A stretch of 64,000 nucleotides of DNA from Armatimonadota bacterium (lineage in GTDB: Bacteria > Armatimonadota > HRBIN16): NCBI GenBank assembly GCA_026003175.1, contig BPGT01000001.1:408839-472838 (forward strand), written 5' to 3'. The notes beneath the pieces were generated by a model that ran no database searches, was not told where the DNA came from, and saw nothing but the letters and a program-made list of their open reading frames with translations. The translations under genes and the position numbers were made by a program. This document shows positions 37,431 through 48,136 of this stretch, in pieces. Numbering within the stretch: the stretch's first letter is position 1; the number at the start of each line of letters is the position of its first letter.

Positions 37431-38399
37431 TTACCTCGTCATCCGGTAGAGGGTGAAAGCGGCTACGCTGAACACCAGTCCAATGCCCCAGATAACGATG
37501 ACAGCACGCCGATGGCCCAGTCGCCCGACCAGCCAGTGGTGGAAATGTCTCATATCCGCCTTATGCAAAGGCTGACGCGCCAGCACGCGGCGCGAAACCA
37601 CAAAAAAGGCATCGAAGAAGGGCACTCCCAGCACCAGCAACGGCACCAGCACCGAGATAGTGGCAGCCACCTTAAATGTACCCACTATCGCCAGCGTTGC
37701 CAGCACAAAGCCGATGAACTGTGCACCGACAGTACCCATGAAGATGGAAGCGGGGTTGATGTTGTGGCGCAAGAAGCCTACACATGCGCCCGCCAGCGCC
37801 GCAGCGGGGACGGCTATCATCAGCTGTTTCTCGGAGACCGCCATCAGGGTAAGCGTGCTGGCGGAAATCGCCGTCACTCCTGCTGCCAAGCCGTCCAGCC
37901 CGTCGATAGCGTCTACCGTTTTGGTTACCACAAATACCCACAGTGCGGTGACCGGAAGGCTCCACAAGCCTAGAGGTAGCCAGTATTCAGGACGATATTC
38001 GCCGGGCATCAGTGGCGCAAGCGGATGGGTAACGCCTTCGATGCGGATACCGAACAGCGCCAACGCCACGCCCGCTCCCAGCAGTATCACCAGCTGCCAG
38101 AGGGGCGTGATTTGCACCTTATCATCGAGCATCCCAAACAGCGCGATAACCGTCCCCAGTACGAGGATTGCCGTCAGCGCGTTGCTCCAGAGATTCAGCC
38201 AGAGCGCCGTTGGGATAACCGCCATCCAGAAAGCGAGGTAGATGGCAATACCACCCCAGCGTGGTGTAGGCTCGCGGTGCACTCGCCGTTCGTCCGGCTG
38301 GTCAATCACACCCATGCGCTCGGCAAGCTTTCGCACCACAGGCGTCACTAGCGCAGCAACCACCATTGCTATCAGGAAAGTGATAAAAGCTATTCGCAC
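37431..38399 (-). CDS. undecaprenyl-phosphate GlcNAc-1-P transferase (WecA/TagO, GT4 MraY-like)
   Basis: [32 protein letters not shown]. Confidence 0.9.
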   Translation of the reverse strand: MRIAFITFLIAMVVAALVTPVVRKLAERMGVIDQPDERRVHREPTPRWGGIAIYLAFWMAVIPTALWLNLWSNALTAILVLGTVIALFGMLDDKVQITPLWQLVILLGAGVALALFGIRIEGVTHPLAPLMPGEYRPEYWLPLGLWSLPVTALWVFVVTKTVDAIDGLDGLAAGVTAISASTLTLMAVSEKQLMIAVPAAALAGACVGFLRHNINPASIFMGTVGAQFIGFVLATLAIVGTFKVAATISVLVPLLVLGVPFFDAFFVVSRRVLARQPLHKADMRHFHHWLVGRLGHRRAVIVIWGIGLVFSVAAFTLYRMTR

Positions 38400-38872
38400 C
38401 TGCGTTCTCTCCTCGTTCTGCCGGGGAAGATGAGCTCCGCTACGCCATCGCGTAATCGCACGAGCTCCATCCCCGCCTCTTCGAATAGCTCCATCGCGAA
38501 CGGGTCAGGATAGTCTCCCTCAAATACCACGCGCTCGATGCCCGCGTTGATAATCATTTTGGCGCAGGCGTTGCACGGCTGGCAGGTGACGTACACCGTC
38601 GCGCCGCGTGTGGACACGCCGTTCAGCGCAGCCTGCAGGATGGCGTTCTGTTCGGCATGCAGGGCGCGCTGGCAATGTCCGTCCACGATTTTACAGCCCA
38701 CCTCGGTACAATGCGCCAGCCCATGCGGCGCGCCGTTGTAGCCGGTGGTTAGGATACGCCTGTCCAGCACAATCACCGCGCCCACCGACCGCCGAGGGCA
38801 GGTTGCTCGGGTGGCAACCTCCTTGGCAATGCGCATGAAGTACTCATCCCACGATGGTCTGGTATCTGCCAT
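38390..38872 (-). CDS. dCMP deaminase (ComEB family)
   Basis: [25 protein letters not shown]. Confidence 0.93.
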   Translation of the reverse strand: MADTRPSWDEYFMRIAKEVATRATCPRRSVGAVIVLDRRILTTGYNGAPHGLAHCTEVGCKIVDGHCQRALHAEQNAILQAALNGVSTRGATVYVTCQPCNACAKMIINAGIERVVFEGDYPDPFAMELFEEAGMELVRLRDGVAELIFPGRTRRERRCE

Positions 38873-38891
38873 CTTCCCTCCCCATTAATCA

Positions 38892-40169
38892 TTATGCCAG
38901 AACCGGGAACTGGTCGCAGAGGGCAAGCACCTCTTGACGTATCGCATCCAGCCTGTCCTCGTCCTCCGGTGCTTCCAGCGTGCGGGCGATAAGCTCGGCG
39001 ATACGCTCCATCTCCGGTTCAGCCATACCGCGTGTGGTCACCGCCGGTGTGCCCAGACGGATCCCGCTGGTCACGAAGGGCTTTTCGGGGTCAAACGGTA
39101 TCATATTGCGGTTGACGGTGATGTTCACACTGTCCAGCACCACTTGTGCCTTACGGCCGGTGAGCTTTTGCGGGCGCAGGTCTATCAGCATCAGGTGGTT
39201 ATCGGTGCCGCCGGAAACGAGTCGAAAGCCGCGCCGTGCCAGTCCATCCGCCAGCGCACGGGCATTGCGGCGGATCTGTGCCTGATACAGTTTGAACTGC
39301 GGTTGTAATGCCTCTTTGAAGCAGACCGCCTTCGCCGCGATAATGTGCATCAGCGGTCCGCCCTGCATCCCGGGGAATACAGCTTTGTCGATAGCCTGAG
39401 CGTACTCCGCCCTGCATAGAATCATGCCGCCGCGCGGGCCACGCAGAGTCTTGTGGGTGGTGGTAGTGACGAAATCGGCATAGGGGATGGGTGAGGGATG
39501 CTCGCCTGCCGCCACCAGCCCCGCGATGTGCGCCATATCCACCATCAACTTCGCACCGACCTCATCGGCAATCTCGCGGAAGGCGGCGAAATCAATGATG
39601 CGCGGGTAGCAACTGGCGCCCGCGACGATCAGCTTGGGGCGATGCTGTCGGGCGAGGTCGCGCACTTGGTCGTAGTCTATCTCTTCAGTGTCGGGATGTA
39701 CGCCGTAGTGCACCGCGCGATACAGCATGCCCGAAAAGTTCACCGGACTACCGTGCGTTAGGTGTCCACCCATTGACAGGTCCATCGCGAGGAAAGTATC
39801 TCCCGGCTGAAGTGCCACGCTGTACACCGCCTGGTTCGCCTGTGCGCCCGAGTGGGGCTGTACGTTGGCGTGTTCCGCGCCGAACAGTTGCTTCGCCCGC
39901 TCGATGGCAAGGCTCTCCACCACGTCCATGTTCTCACAGCCACCGTAATAGCGTTTGGCAGGATAGCCTTCGGCATACTTATCGGTCATTACCGAGCCCA
40001 TTGCTTCGAGCACCGCTCTGCTGGCAATGTTCTCGGAGGCGATGAGCTCGAGGTGGGTGTGCTGACGTTTCTTCTCGTTCTCAATTGCAGCGAATACTTC
40101 AGGGTCCACTTCCGATAGCGGAGCGGTCCGGTGGTAGTGCATAGTGAGACGATTATCTAGCAGGCTCAC
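38892..40169 (-). CDS. glyA: serine hydroxymethyltransferase
   Basis: [41 protein letters not shown]. Confidence 0.99.
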   Translation of the reverse strand: MSLLDNRLTMHYHRTAPLSEVDPEVFAAIENEKKRQHTHLELIASENIASRAVLEAMGSVMTDKYAEGYPAKRYYGGCENMDVVESLAIERAKQLFGAEHANVQPHSGAQANQAVYSVALQPGDTFLAMDLSMGGHLTHGSPVNFSGMLYRAVHYGVHPDTEEIDYDQVRDLARQHRPKLIVAGASCYPRIIDFAAFREIADEVGAKLMVDMAHIAGLVAAGEHPSPIPYADFVTTTTHKTLRGPRGGMILCRAEYAQAIDKAVFPGMQGGPLMHIIAAKAVCFKEALQPQFKLYQAQIRRNARALADGLARRGFRLVSGGTDNHLMLIDLRPQKLTGRKAQVVLDSVNITVNRNMIPFDPEKPFVTSGIRLGTPAVTTRGMAEPEMERIAELIARTLEAPEDEDRLDAIRQEVLALCDQFPVLA

Positions 40170-40632
40170 GTTCTGTTTCTCCCTCGGTATAGCGTTTCTC
40201 TAACATCTGTACTTTATGCACACGACGGACATGTCGCTCTTCGTCGGTGAACGAAGCGTTGAGGAATGCGCTCACAATCTCCATCGCCAGCTCCGCGCCG
40301 ATAATGCGCCCCCCCATACACAACACGTTCGCGTCGTTGTGTTGGCGGGCTAATCGGGCGGTGACGGGGTCTTGTGCGTGTGCAGCACGGATACCTTTCA
40401 CCTTATTTGCGCTGATGCTCATGCCCACACCCGTACCGCAGATGAGTATACCCAAATCGCATTCTCCCTGCGCAACCGCGTTCGCCACCATGAGGGCGAA
40501 GTCGGGGTAATCGCATGGGGCGTCGGTATGGGTGCCGAAGTCACGTACGGTGATGCCTTGCTGCTGCAGGTACGAGCGCACAATGTTTTTCAAGTGGTAG
40601 CCAGCGTGGTCCGCGCCTAAGCCGATAATCAT
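40153..40632 (-). CDS. rpiB: ribose-5-phosphate isomerase B
   Basis: GADHAG, DYPD, CGTGVG, HNDANVL, RH.RRV. Confidence 0.96.
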   Translation of the reverse strand: MIIGLGADHAGYHLKNIVRSYLQQQGITVRDFGTHTDAPCDYPDFALMVANAVAQGECDLGILICGTGVGMSISANKVKGIRAAHAQDPVTARLARQHNDANVLCMGGRIIGAELAMEIVSAFLNASFTDEERHVRRVHKVQMLEKRYTEGETEREPAR

Positions 40633-40662
40633 GGAAAGCCCTCCCCCGAGAAGTGCAGGTTT

Positions 40663-40692
40663 ATTGTAACATGAGAGGGAGGGGTGTTGCAA
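40663..40692 (-). promoter_or_regulatory. putative sigma70 promoter of the rpiB-glyA operon
   Basis: TTGCAA-N18-TACAAT with an extended TG. Confidence 0.5.
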
Positions 40693-40812
40693 GCGCGAGA
40701 ATCTGATGGGCAGGTTATTCTCCGCTCCCGGCACGCCCCGTCATCTGTGCCAGCAGGGTATGTATCTGCTCCACCGCAGGAGCCGATATCCTTCCTATTT
40801 GCTCACTCAAGA

Positions 40813-40997
40813 TAGTACTACTTTGTCAAATCTTTTCTTTAAGGTGTTGGTATTGCCCCAGCGATTGAAAATCGCGGGCAACAGGGAACGAAACCTGCTA
40901 GCGCAGGTTATCCACTCCCGAAAGGGGTTTTGTGCACGTGCCCGCGACTTCCAGTCGCCGGGTGGTCTATAATAAATTGAGACTTGACAGAGTACTA
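40813..40997. mobile_element. MITE family B, copy 1 (TAGT..TGTCAA termini, multi-hairpin interior)
   Basis: Left TAGTAC(TAC)TTTGTCAA, right TTGACAGAGTACTA; colinear with 47943-48123. Confidence 0.8.
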
Positions 40998-41055
40998 CAG
41001 AACAGTGTGAAGCAACGCTTGGCAGAGTTGAACTCTTCCAGAGAAGGTGAGCCTA

Positions 41056-41517
41056 ATGCGAGTCACCCTGTTGCTGTTAGCGCTGGTTTTCATCCCAGCA
41101 CTGGCATTCTGGTTGAATCACGATACCATATCCGCCGTGCTAATCATTGTGTGGACTATTCTGGTACTGCCCGCAGGTATCCTGACCGCTATGGACTACC
41201 TTCGATACCGCCACGTCCACACGCCTGTGGTCAAAGGTGCACTTCGTGTGATTGTTCTGCTAGCGGGGGTAGCGGGTATCGTGTCCACCGTTCTAATCTG
41301 GGGCGGTATCTTGTGGGTGCTACCCCGATTCCGTTGGGATGCAAGGTGGTTGGTATCTGCCTTAGAGATTCCGGCGAAATCTGCGCTGGGCACTGTCTGC
41401 GGACTGTTCAGCTGGTACCTGGTGCGCTTAGCCCTGCGCGGTGAGGAGCCTTTTGACGAAGAGGATATCGAGGAGACAAACGAGCGGTTTGAGTCGTATG
41501 AGGAGCAGGAAGAATAG
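41056..41517 (+). CDS. hypothetical four-TM membrane protein with acidic tail
   Basis: Four hydrophobic segments and an EEPFDEEDIEE tail; no family recognised. Confidence 0.7.
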   Translation: MRVTLLLLALVFIPALAFWLNHDTISAVLIIVWTILVLPAGILTAMDYLRYRHVHTPVVKGALRVIVLLAGVAGIVSTVLIWGGILWVLPRFRWDARWLVSALEIPAKSALGTVCGLFSWYLVRLALRGEEPFDEEDIEETNERFESYEEQEE

Positions 41518-41559
41518 CAGTGCGTCAATCTTGACGTAGCCACAGGCTTATCCACTAAA

Positions 41560-41943
41560 CTAACCCCCCCGTCTTTCCCTTCGAATCATCACTCCCGTCG
41601 CTTGCGCGGGTACTTTCATCGGGGGGAGCAGCTTACGCACGGTGACCTCTACCGCCGATGCAGGAAAGTTCTGCAGGATGTCTTCGGCGATGCGTTCGGC
41701 TAAGGTCTCTATCAGCCGAAACTGGTTCTCGGTGCTGATGGCTAACACGCGCTTCGCCACCGCCGAATAGTTGATGGTGCGCGACAGGTCATCACTCTGG
41801 GCAGCCGGACGGATGTCAAATTCCAGCACCACGTCCACGCTATAGCGATGACCTATCGCCTGTTCCTCGTCAGATGCCCCGTGGTAGGCGTGAAAGGTGA
41901 TGCCCTCTATCAGGATAGTGTCAGGCCTCGTTTCACTTCCCAT
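41560..41943 (-). CDS. folB: dihydroneopterin aldolase
   Basis: FHAYHG..EE..GH.Y.VD, SDDL..TINY, LIETLAE, VRK. Confidence 0.95.
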   Translation of the reverse strand: MGSETRPDTILIEGITFHAYHGASDEEQAIGHRYSVDVVLEFDIRPAAQSDDLSRTINYSAVAKRVLAISTENQFRLIETLAERIAEDILQNFPASAVEVTVRKLLPPMKVPAQATGVMIRRERRGG

Positions 41944-42659
41944 CACCGCACCCACGAATAGTCAGACATATCCACCGCACCGTCCAGGATGACCAGCACT
42001 TTCTCTCGCTGGGCAAGGTCCTTTGCATCCGGTGTAATCCCTTCGCCTGCCACCGCCGGAAAGGTCTGCACCCCGTGCTGTGTCAGGATAGCAGCACGCT
42101 TGCTGATGCGCTCCACGTCCGCGGGAAATATCATCCACGGAACTTCTATCGCGATGTGGATAGGCTCTCCTGTATGAGGATGTTTTGCCGAGGCCAGCTC
42201 ATCTATCTGCAGTAGTTCCTGCTTCTCCTTGTCTGTGATCTGTGTGCCTGCATCCAACAAGTCCTCCACAAACAGCCCCAGGTCCACAACACGTGGACGC
42301 TTGACGTAATAGCCCAGTATCGCACTGGCTCTCTGGTGGAAGCGCAGCTCCAGCGTGTAGCCACAGGATTTGCTAACTTCGCTGCTCAGTTTTTCCACCC
42401 AGCTGGTCAGGCGTTCGACAGTTTGCTTGAGTTCACGAACTTCCTCAAGGAGTTGCTGGTGGCTCGCCTCCAACCGTTCTAAACGCGAAATCGCTTGCTC
42501 GTGGCTGTGGGTCAGGCGATCGAGGGCTTCCTCTACCCGACGCAAGCGATCGGGCACCTGCTTCTCCTCTTCCGTGAAGAGCACGTCCCGCAGGCGGTCT
42601 CGCCACTCCGGGTGTTCACGCAGAATCTGTATCAGGTCGTCAACGGTGTGTATTTCCAT
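41943..42659 (-). CDS. coiled-coil protein with degenerate PD-(D/E)XK-like C-terminus (paralog of 20435-21298)
   Basis: DDLIQILREHPEWRDRLR, heptad repeats, IAIEV..DVER...RAAIL, AVAGE. Confidence 0.7.
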   Translation of the reverse strand: MEIHTVDDLIQILREHPEWRDRLRDVLFTEEEKQVPDRLRRVEEALDRLTHSHEQAISRLERLEASHQQLLEEVRELKQTVERLTSWVEKLSSEVSKSCGYTLELRFHQRASAILGYYVKRPRVVDLGLFVEDLLDAGTQITDKEKQELLQIDELASAKHPHTGEPIHIAIEVPWMIFPADVERISKRAAILTQHGVQTFPAVAGEGITPDAKDLAQREKVLVILDGAVDMSDYSWVR

Positions 42660-42693
42660 CGTCTGCCACCGCTCCTATTATACCTCTTATACC

Positions 42694-45600
42694 TCACCGC
42701 AATCGGAGCATCATCTTGCGAACAGCATACACCTCCACCTCGCCCAGCAAACCCGATGGGCGCAGGGGAGCATCCCGGTTCCAGTGCTTCCAGGTGGTGA
42801 AGGTCAATCGCTGGGGTACGGGGCGCGGCTTGCCCTCCACGAACCACTGTGGGAAGGCTTTGAGCCGACTTCCCTCCCACTCACAATCGTCGGGATACTG
42901 TTCGTCGCCAATAAGGCGGTTCACCCACAGGTTCGTGACGTGTACCTCCAGAAGGTTCAGTCCCGGGCGCACCGCGCGGGTGATGTCTACCCGGAACGGT
43001 GGTTTCCACAGGATGCCCAGATACTTGCCGTTTAGCCATACCTCGCACAGGTTCTTCACCTCACCCAGCGAGAGGTATAACCTGCGATCAGGCGTAATCA
43101 GAGAAGGCGGTATCTGAATCATCTTCTCGTAGCGGGCAGTACCGGAGAAGTAGCGCACGCCGGGGTCGGGATACTCTGTCCACGAGACAAGACGGTCAAA
43201 CACCACCTGCTCTGGCGCGCCCCAGCCTTTGGGGAAGTGCACCGTCCACTTGCCCTGCACGGTGATCGCTTGCGCCGGATTATCCGCTCTGACACGGATT
43301 ATCTTCCCGCCGGACGTTTGCAGCTCGTATGTGCCTGCTCGCCATGCCAGCAGTTCCGCTTTGCCTTTCGAATCGACACGCAGCTCATACGCGGGGATGA
43401 CACTTGCTCCTTCCCGTTCGGGAATCTCTAAATCGGCGTTCTCGTTGACGACGGCAGTGTACTGCTTACCGTCCAGGGTGTACTCCACGCGCAGACGTTT
43501 GTAGTGCAAGGGGGTGGGGTCTCCGCCCATTGTGGAGTTGTTTATGTTGACCGATAGTGTGCCGTTGTGTACGAACGTCCGCAGGCGTTCAGTGACATCT
43601 GCACCGCCAGCACCGTCCACCGCCTCATACACCGCCCGGCGGATAACCAGCTGACTCGGCTTGCGCTGGACGGCGCCGGGGGCGCGAACCAGGGTGAAGT
43701 GCCATGCTGGCTGTACCGACTTGCGGAACACCACAAACACCGAACCCGCCGGCTCCAATCGCAACGGCACTATAGTGCGTCCTCCCTGCACGCGGTATAC
43801 AGGCGCGGGTTCTATCACACCGGTATCGGGGTGCCAGAGCTGGGGCATTTTACCGCTTACACGGAAGACGGCTTCTACCTCCTCTGTGTGCTGCCTCTGG
43901 TTTGACACAAAGTAGATATCCGTATCGCCCACGACGCGATGAATAAACTCCAGCCGACTGCCCGCAGAGCTTTCGAAGTCGGGCTGCACCTTTCTCTCTG
44001 CAAGCACCTGCACCACGTCTTTGCCCCAGACCACCTTGCCCTTGCCGTAAGCGTGCTCCTTCACGTTTACGCCGTCGTAGTTGCCCCATACTTCATCCGC
44101 TAGACGGCGCACCTCTTCGTCGCACTGCGGGTATCCGCTCAGGCTGGGCGACTTTTCGGGCTTGGGACCGACGATGGTAGCCCCTGCCCGTACCAGCTCC
44201 GCCACCTTGCGCAGCACACGTGGCGTCATGAAACGGCTATCCGGCAGCACCAGCACACGGTAGGTCATCCCGCTGGGCAGAGCGATTCTACCGTTGCGCA
44301 CGGTCGCCTGCAGTAATACCTCTTTGTTCAGGCAGTCGTAGTCGTAGCCTTTCGCACGCAGGTCGGGACGGAACGGTGCGGAAATCGGTTGATGCTCGCC
44401 CACATAGATGGCAATGTCTGCCACAAACTGCCCCTGCTGTAGCAAATACTGGCATCGGGCGAGGTACCTCAGCCATGCCCTACCCTGCTCCCACCAGGTG
44501 TTGGTGCGCTCGAAATGAAAGCCCCAGGGTCCCATGGTCATGCCCGGCTTGACGTTCAGCCAAGGCTGATGCGCGTAGCGGTGGAAAATGAAGCGGTTGA
44601 CACCTAGGCAGAAGATATGGTCGCCGAGCGCCTTCATGGAGTAGGGGTCGTTCTGCCATCTGCCCATTTCCGGGGTGGCGGTGAAGGACTCCGCTCCAAC
44701 AACGGTTCTGCCGTAGATATGTGCCGAGGATGCCGCCAGCTTAGCGGTTTCATGCGCCCCGCCGCCTATCCAGAACTCGCCCATCGGGATGTTAGCGCGT
44801 CCACCTGCTGCGAGGTCGTCAAACGTGCCGTTGCCGTACGGCTCGGTGGAGAACAGCAGTCCCTGCTTCCGGCAGAGGTTGGCGAAGTGCCCGTAGTAGT
44901 TCTCCACGAACAGCTCCGAAACGGTCTGGCGCACATCCCACAGGAACCGTTCGGAGATTTCGGGCGAACCCACTACGTAGCCCGCGAACACCGGCAGGAA
45001 AGGTAGCAGGTCATAGCCTCGTCGTCGGTGGAACTCTTCGCGGAAGCGGGGAGTCCAGTTCTGGCTGCCTACTTCATAGCTGTCCACCAGCGCGTTGTTC
45101 AGCGTTTTGCCCGCGAGAGACCCGATGTCGCGCAATACGGTCGCCATCATGCCGTCGTTCCAGAATGCATCCAGCGCCTCTTTGCTCATCTTGTCTACTT
45201 CCAGCCCGCGCCCTTCGGGGGGTGCCGGGTGGTTATCCTTGCCGGTGGGGGTGTAGCCGATGCGCAGAATGGTCCAGCTGCCCTCCGGTACGTCCCACTC
45301 CAGCCGTCCATCCGCTTGCATCCGTGCGGTCAGGTTCAGCACCCCATCGCGTGGGATAACGCTGCCGGCAGGAGCAACCGTTTCGACAACAGGCTGGATG
45401 CCGTCCTGTCGCTCGTATGCTGCCTTGCCGCGCAGGTTCTGGATGCGCAGGCTACCCTGCGGGGTAGGGAAGGCGAGTACCGCAATGTCGCGATAGAAGC
45501 CCGCCCGCGTTTCAGGCTGGGGCAATACGTCTGAGAAGCGGGCGGGTCCGCGCACCTGTACCGCCCGCGTGACCACGATGAGCATGGCGTGTTCCGGCTT

Positions 45601-45975
45601 GACCCAGGGCCCACCGCTGCTAGACCAGCCGGCGCAGTTATGGATGCACAGTTCGATGCCCAGCCGATGCGCTTCTCTCACAGCGTGTACAATCATCTCA
45701 CGCCAGCGGTCGCTCATGAAGGTCACGCCGCCTGATGGCACACCCACATCCACGTTAAATATCTGCGCCCCGCCGACGCCCACCCGCTTCATCGCCTCCA
45801 GGTCGGCAGTGATGCCCTCTTTGCTGATATTATCGTTCACCCAGTGCCACCAAGTATGCGGTTTGGCGGAGTTCGGCGGGTTGCGAAAGCCTTCTTCCAG
45901 CGGGGCTGCTACACACCCTGCGACAAGCAAGCAAATAGCTACCCCTGCCATCGTTATTGTGCGCATGTCGCTCAC
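42694..45975 (-). CDS. GH106 alpha-L-rhamnosidase-like glycoside hydrolase
   Basis: F.NPP..KP.TWWHW, GITADLE, GWSSSGGPW, DSYE, PMGEFW, GAESFT, G.NR..FH.YAHQP, YFSGTARY, V.NLW.NRLIGD. Confidence 0.92.
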   Translation of the reverse strand: MSDMRTITMAGVAICLLVAGCVAAPLEEGFRNPPNSAKPHTWWHWVNDNISKEGITADLEAMKRVGVGGAQIFNVDVGVPSGGVTFMSDRWREMIVHAVREAHRLGIELCIHNCAGWSSSGGPWVKPEHAMLIVVTRAVQVRGPARFSDVLPQPETRAGFYRDIAVLAFPTPQGSLRIQNLRGKAAYERQDGIQPVVETVAPAGSVIPRDGVLNLTARMQADGRLEWDVPEGSWTILRIGYTPTGKDNHPAPPEGRGLEVDKMSKEALDAFWNDGMMATVLRDIGSLAGKTLNNALVDSYEVGSQNWTPRFREEFHRRRGYDLLPFLPVFAGYVVGSPEISERFLWDVRQTVSELFVENYYGHFANLCRKQGLLFSTEPYGNGTFDDLAAGGRANIPMGEFWIGGGAHETAKLAASSAHIYGRTVVGAESFTATPEMGRWQNDPYSMKALGDHIFCLGVNRFIFHRYAHQPWLNVKPGMTMGPWGFHFERTNTWWEQGRAWLRYLARCQYLLQQGQFVADIAIYVGEHQPISAPFRPDLRAKGYDYDCLNKEVLLQATVRNGRIALPSGMTYRVLVLPDSRFMTPRVLRKVAELVRAGATIVGPKPEKSPSLSGYPQCDEEVRRLADEVWGNYDGVNVKEHAYGKGKVVWGKDVVQVLAERKVQPDFESSAGSRLEFIHRVVGDTDIYFVSNQRQHTEEVEAVFRVSGKMPQLWHPDTGVIEPAPVYRVQGGRTIVPLRLEPAGSVFVVFRKSVQPAWHFTLVRAPGAVQRKPSQLVIRRAVYEAVDGAGGADVTERLRTFVHNGTLSVNINNSTMGGDPTPLHYKRLRVEYTLDGKQYTAVVNENADLEIPEREGASVIPAYELRVDSKGKAELLAWRAGTYELQTSGGKIIRVRADNPAQAITVQGKWTVHFPKGWGAPEQVVFDRLVSWTEYPDPGVRYFSGTARYEKMIQIPPSLITPDRRLYLSLGEVKNLCEVWLNGKYLGILWKPPFRVDITRAVRPGLNLLEVHVTNLWVNRLIGDEQYPDDCEWEGSRLKAFPQWFVEGKPRPVPQRLTFTTWKHWNRDAPLRPSGLLGEVEVYAVRKMMLRLR

Positions 45976-46005
45976 CCTTTGCCTCTCGTAGTTTGTCGGA
46001 CTATC

Positions 46006-46755
46006 TTACACCCTCTTCCCTGCCCACAGCGTCGCGTTGTACAGGATGCGGCGTACAACGGGATGGAAGTAGGTGGGCATGGTCTCATGCCCGGGGCGGA
46101 AGTAGAACACGCGCCCGATGCCTTCGCCTTGCCCGACTCCTCCACCGGGTCCTGAAGTGAAGTTCGGGTCTATGCCTTTGCCCACCGTCCAACACAAGCC
46201 GGATGGGAAGGTCTCACCGCCCAGCGGGAAGTAGGACTGCAGGATGACCACCAGCGGCGGCGGTACATCAAAAGGCGCACCATACATCTCCTCGCCGTTC
46301 AGCACAAAATCTTCCACCCCCTTAGCAATCGGGTGCCATGGAGCGCACACGCGGATGTGCTCGTCTTCCGGTGGTTCGTGCTCGCGCCAGCCGCCCTTCA
46401 GGTGTCCTGTGCAATTTAGCACTGCGCGAAACGGTTTGGAATAGTGTGCCGAGTGTAGCGCGATAAAACCCATGCCTTCCTGTTGCACACGCTCGGCGAT
46501 TCGGGCTGCCAGCTCGTCTTTCACCTCGCCATGCCGGGCGTGTCCCCACCACATCAGCACGTCGGTGTTCGCCAGCAGGTCGGCTGGGCAGCCCTGTTCT
46601 GGTTCGTCGAGGTTGGCGATGCGCACATCCAGCACACTCTCTTTGTCCAGCTCTCTTAAGCCTTCCGCCACCGCGCCGTTGATGCTGTGTGGGTAGATGG
46701 TTTTAGGCGCATGTGGCGGGTTCTCATCCCATACCAGAACACGTAGTTTACTCAT
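46006..46755 (-). CDS. ThuA-domain (GATase1-like) protein
   Basis: DVLMWWGH, GFIALHSAHYSK, EEMYG, RVFYFRPGHET. Confidence 0.9.
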   Translation of the reverse strand: MSKLRVLVWDENPPHAPKTIYPHSINGAVAEGLRELDKESVLDVRIANLDEPEQGCPADLLANTDVLMWWGHARHGEVKDELAARIAERVQQEGMGFIALHSAHYSKPFRAVLNCTGHLKGGWREHEPPEDEHIRVCAPWHPIAKGVEDFVLNGEEMYGAPFDVPPPLVVILQSYFPLGGETFPSGLCWTVGKGIDPNFTSGPGGGVGQGEGIGRVFYFRPGHETMPTYFHPVVRRILYNATLWAGKRV

Positions 46756-46787
46756 CTTCTGCTTTTCCTCCGTAATGTTCTTGTTGC

Positions 46788-47819
46788 TCAAGCGTCTTCG
46801 CCCATTATCTCTTTTCGGGTGACTTCACGCCCTTCCTGCACCGAGCGATAACCTGCTTCGATCAGTGCGACCACCTGCAGGTTGTGTCTACCGCTGCACA
46901 GGTAGGGCTTGCCCTCTTCCAGAGAGCGGACGTAGTGCAACATAGCGTTGCTGAAGGCGTCGGGAAACCATTTGCCGGTGAAGCGGGGACGTATCTCGGC
47001 GGGTGGGTCAACGGTGACAATGACCACATCCTCGCTGGATCCTGTTATCGCGCCCTTATCGCCCTGAATCACCACCTCTTCCACAGAGTGCGGACGCGGT
47101 AGATGCCCCCGATAGCACCAGTTGTTGATGATGCACGCCTGCATTCCACTCTCAAAGCGGATGTTCATCACGTTCCATGTGTCGCCAACAGTACCTTTCT
47201 GCGATGGGTCACGTCCCATAATGGCATAGGCGCTGTGCCAGCTGCCGAACCAGTGCACCACCAGCGCAAGGTGATGCACACCCATGTCGCTAAGCACCCA
47301 GCGTTCCTGCTTGCCGTAGAAGGGGTGTCCGCTCAGGTCAGACCAGCTGCGGTTCTCTATCTGGCAGTAGTACGGCGTGCCGATAGCCCCCTCTTGCAGA
47401 TACCGCTCCATCGCCTGAAAGCCCGGCACGAACACCGAGTTCTGATTGACCATCAGCGGGATACCCGCCTCTTCGGCGATGTGCACCAGCTTTTTGGCGT
47501 TCTCGTAGTACTGCTCCAGCGGTTTCTGCACGAACAGCGCTTTGCCGTACTGAGCTGCCCAGCGGAAAATCGGCTCGCGGACGTGCAGGAAATGCGGCGC
47601 TGCCACATCCACAATCTTGACGTCAGGATGGGCAATCAGAGATTCTACATCGGTGGTAGCGATAGGCAACGTCCACTTTTGCTGCATCAGCTTCACCCGT
47701 TCGGGGTCGATATCCGCCCCACCGATCACCCTCAGTCCAGCATTATGGTATGCCTGAAGATGCACGTTGGCGATACCGCCCAGCCCAATGATACCAATGC
47801 CCCATTGTTCGATCGCCAT
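46788..47819 (-). CDS. Gfo/Idh/MocA oxidoreductase
   Basis: GIIGLGGIA..H, QKP, DMGVH. Confidence 0.9.
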   Translation of the reverse strand: MAIEQWGIGIIGLGGIANVHLQAYHNAGLRVIGGADIDPERVKLMQQKWTLPIATTDVESLIAHPDVKIVDVAAPHFLHVREPIFRWAAQYGKALFVQKPLEQYYENAKKLVHIAEEAGIPLMVNQNSVFVPGFQAMERYLQEGAIGTPYYCQIENRSWSDLSGHPFYGKQERWVLSDMGVHHLALVVHWFGSWHSAYAIMGRDPSQKGTVGDTWNVMNIRFESGMQACIINNWCYRGHLPRPHSVEEVVIQGDKGAITGSSEDVVIVTVDPPAEIRPRFTGKWFPDAFSNAMLHYVRSLEEGKPYLCSGRHNLQVVALIEAGYRSVQEGREVTRKEIMGEDA

Positions 47820-47942
47820 CTATGAACCTCCTTCGCTCGCTACGACACGGAAGCTGTGTTACCACATACGCTCTCATGATTCTTGTTGCGCGGGAGAAGG
47901 TTCCTCCGTTCGTGAAACCAACAATGAGGAGGTGGAACAGGA

Positions 47943-48123
47943 TAGTACTTTGTCAAATCTTTTCCTTAAGATGTGGATGTTGCCCCCGCGATTGAAAATC
48001 GCAGGCAACAGGCAACGAAACTTGCTCACGCAGGTTATCCACCCCCGAAGGGGATTTTGTGGTTGTTGCCCGCGACTTCCAGTCGCCGGGCGTTCTATAA
48101 CAATTTTGAGCCTTGACAGACTA
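47943..48123. mobile_element. MITE family B, copy 2
   Basis: TAGTACTTTGTCAA ... TTGACAGACTA; same internal hairpins as copy 1. Confidence 0.8.
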
Positions 48124-48136
48124 CCAGGTCTAAGCG

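Noticed and set aside
170..38872. comF, DprA-like and comEB-like genes as a competence island
   Set aside because: They are dispersed in unrelated operons, and the ComEB-like gene is an ordinary dCMP deaminase.
40706..40972. Similar short ORFs spanning 40706-40972 and 47767-48219 (..STLSNLF.K..RLKIAGNR..)
   Set aside because: The similarity derives from the non-coding MITE-B copies, not from a protein family.
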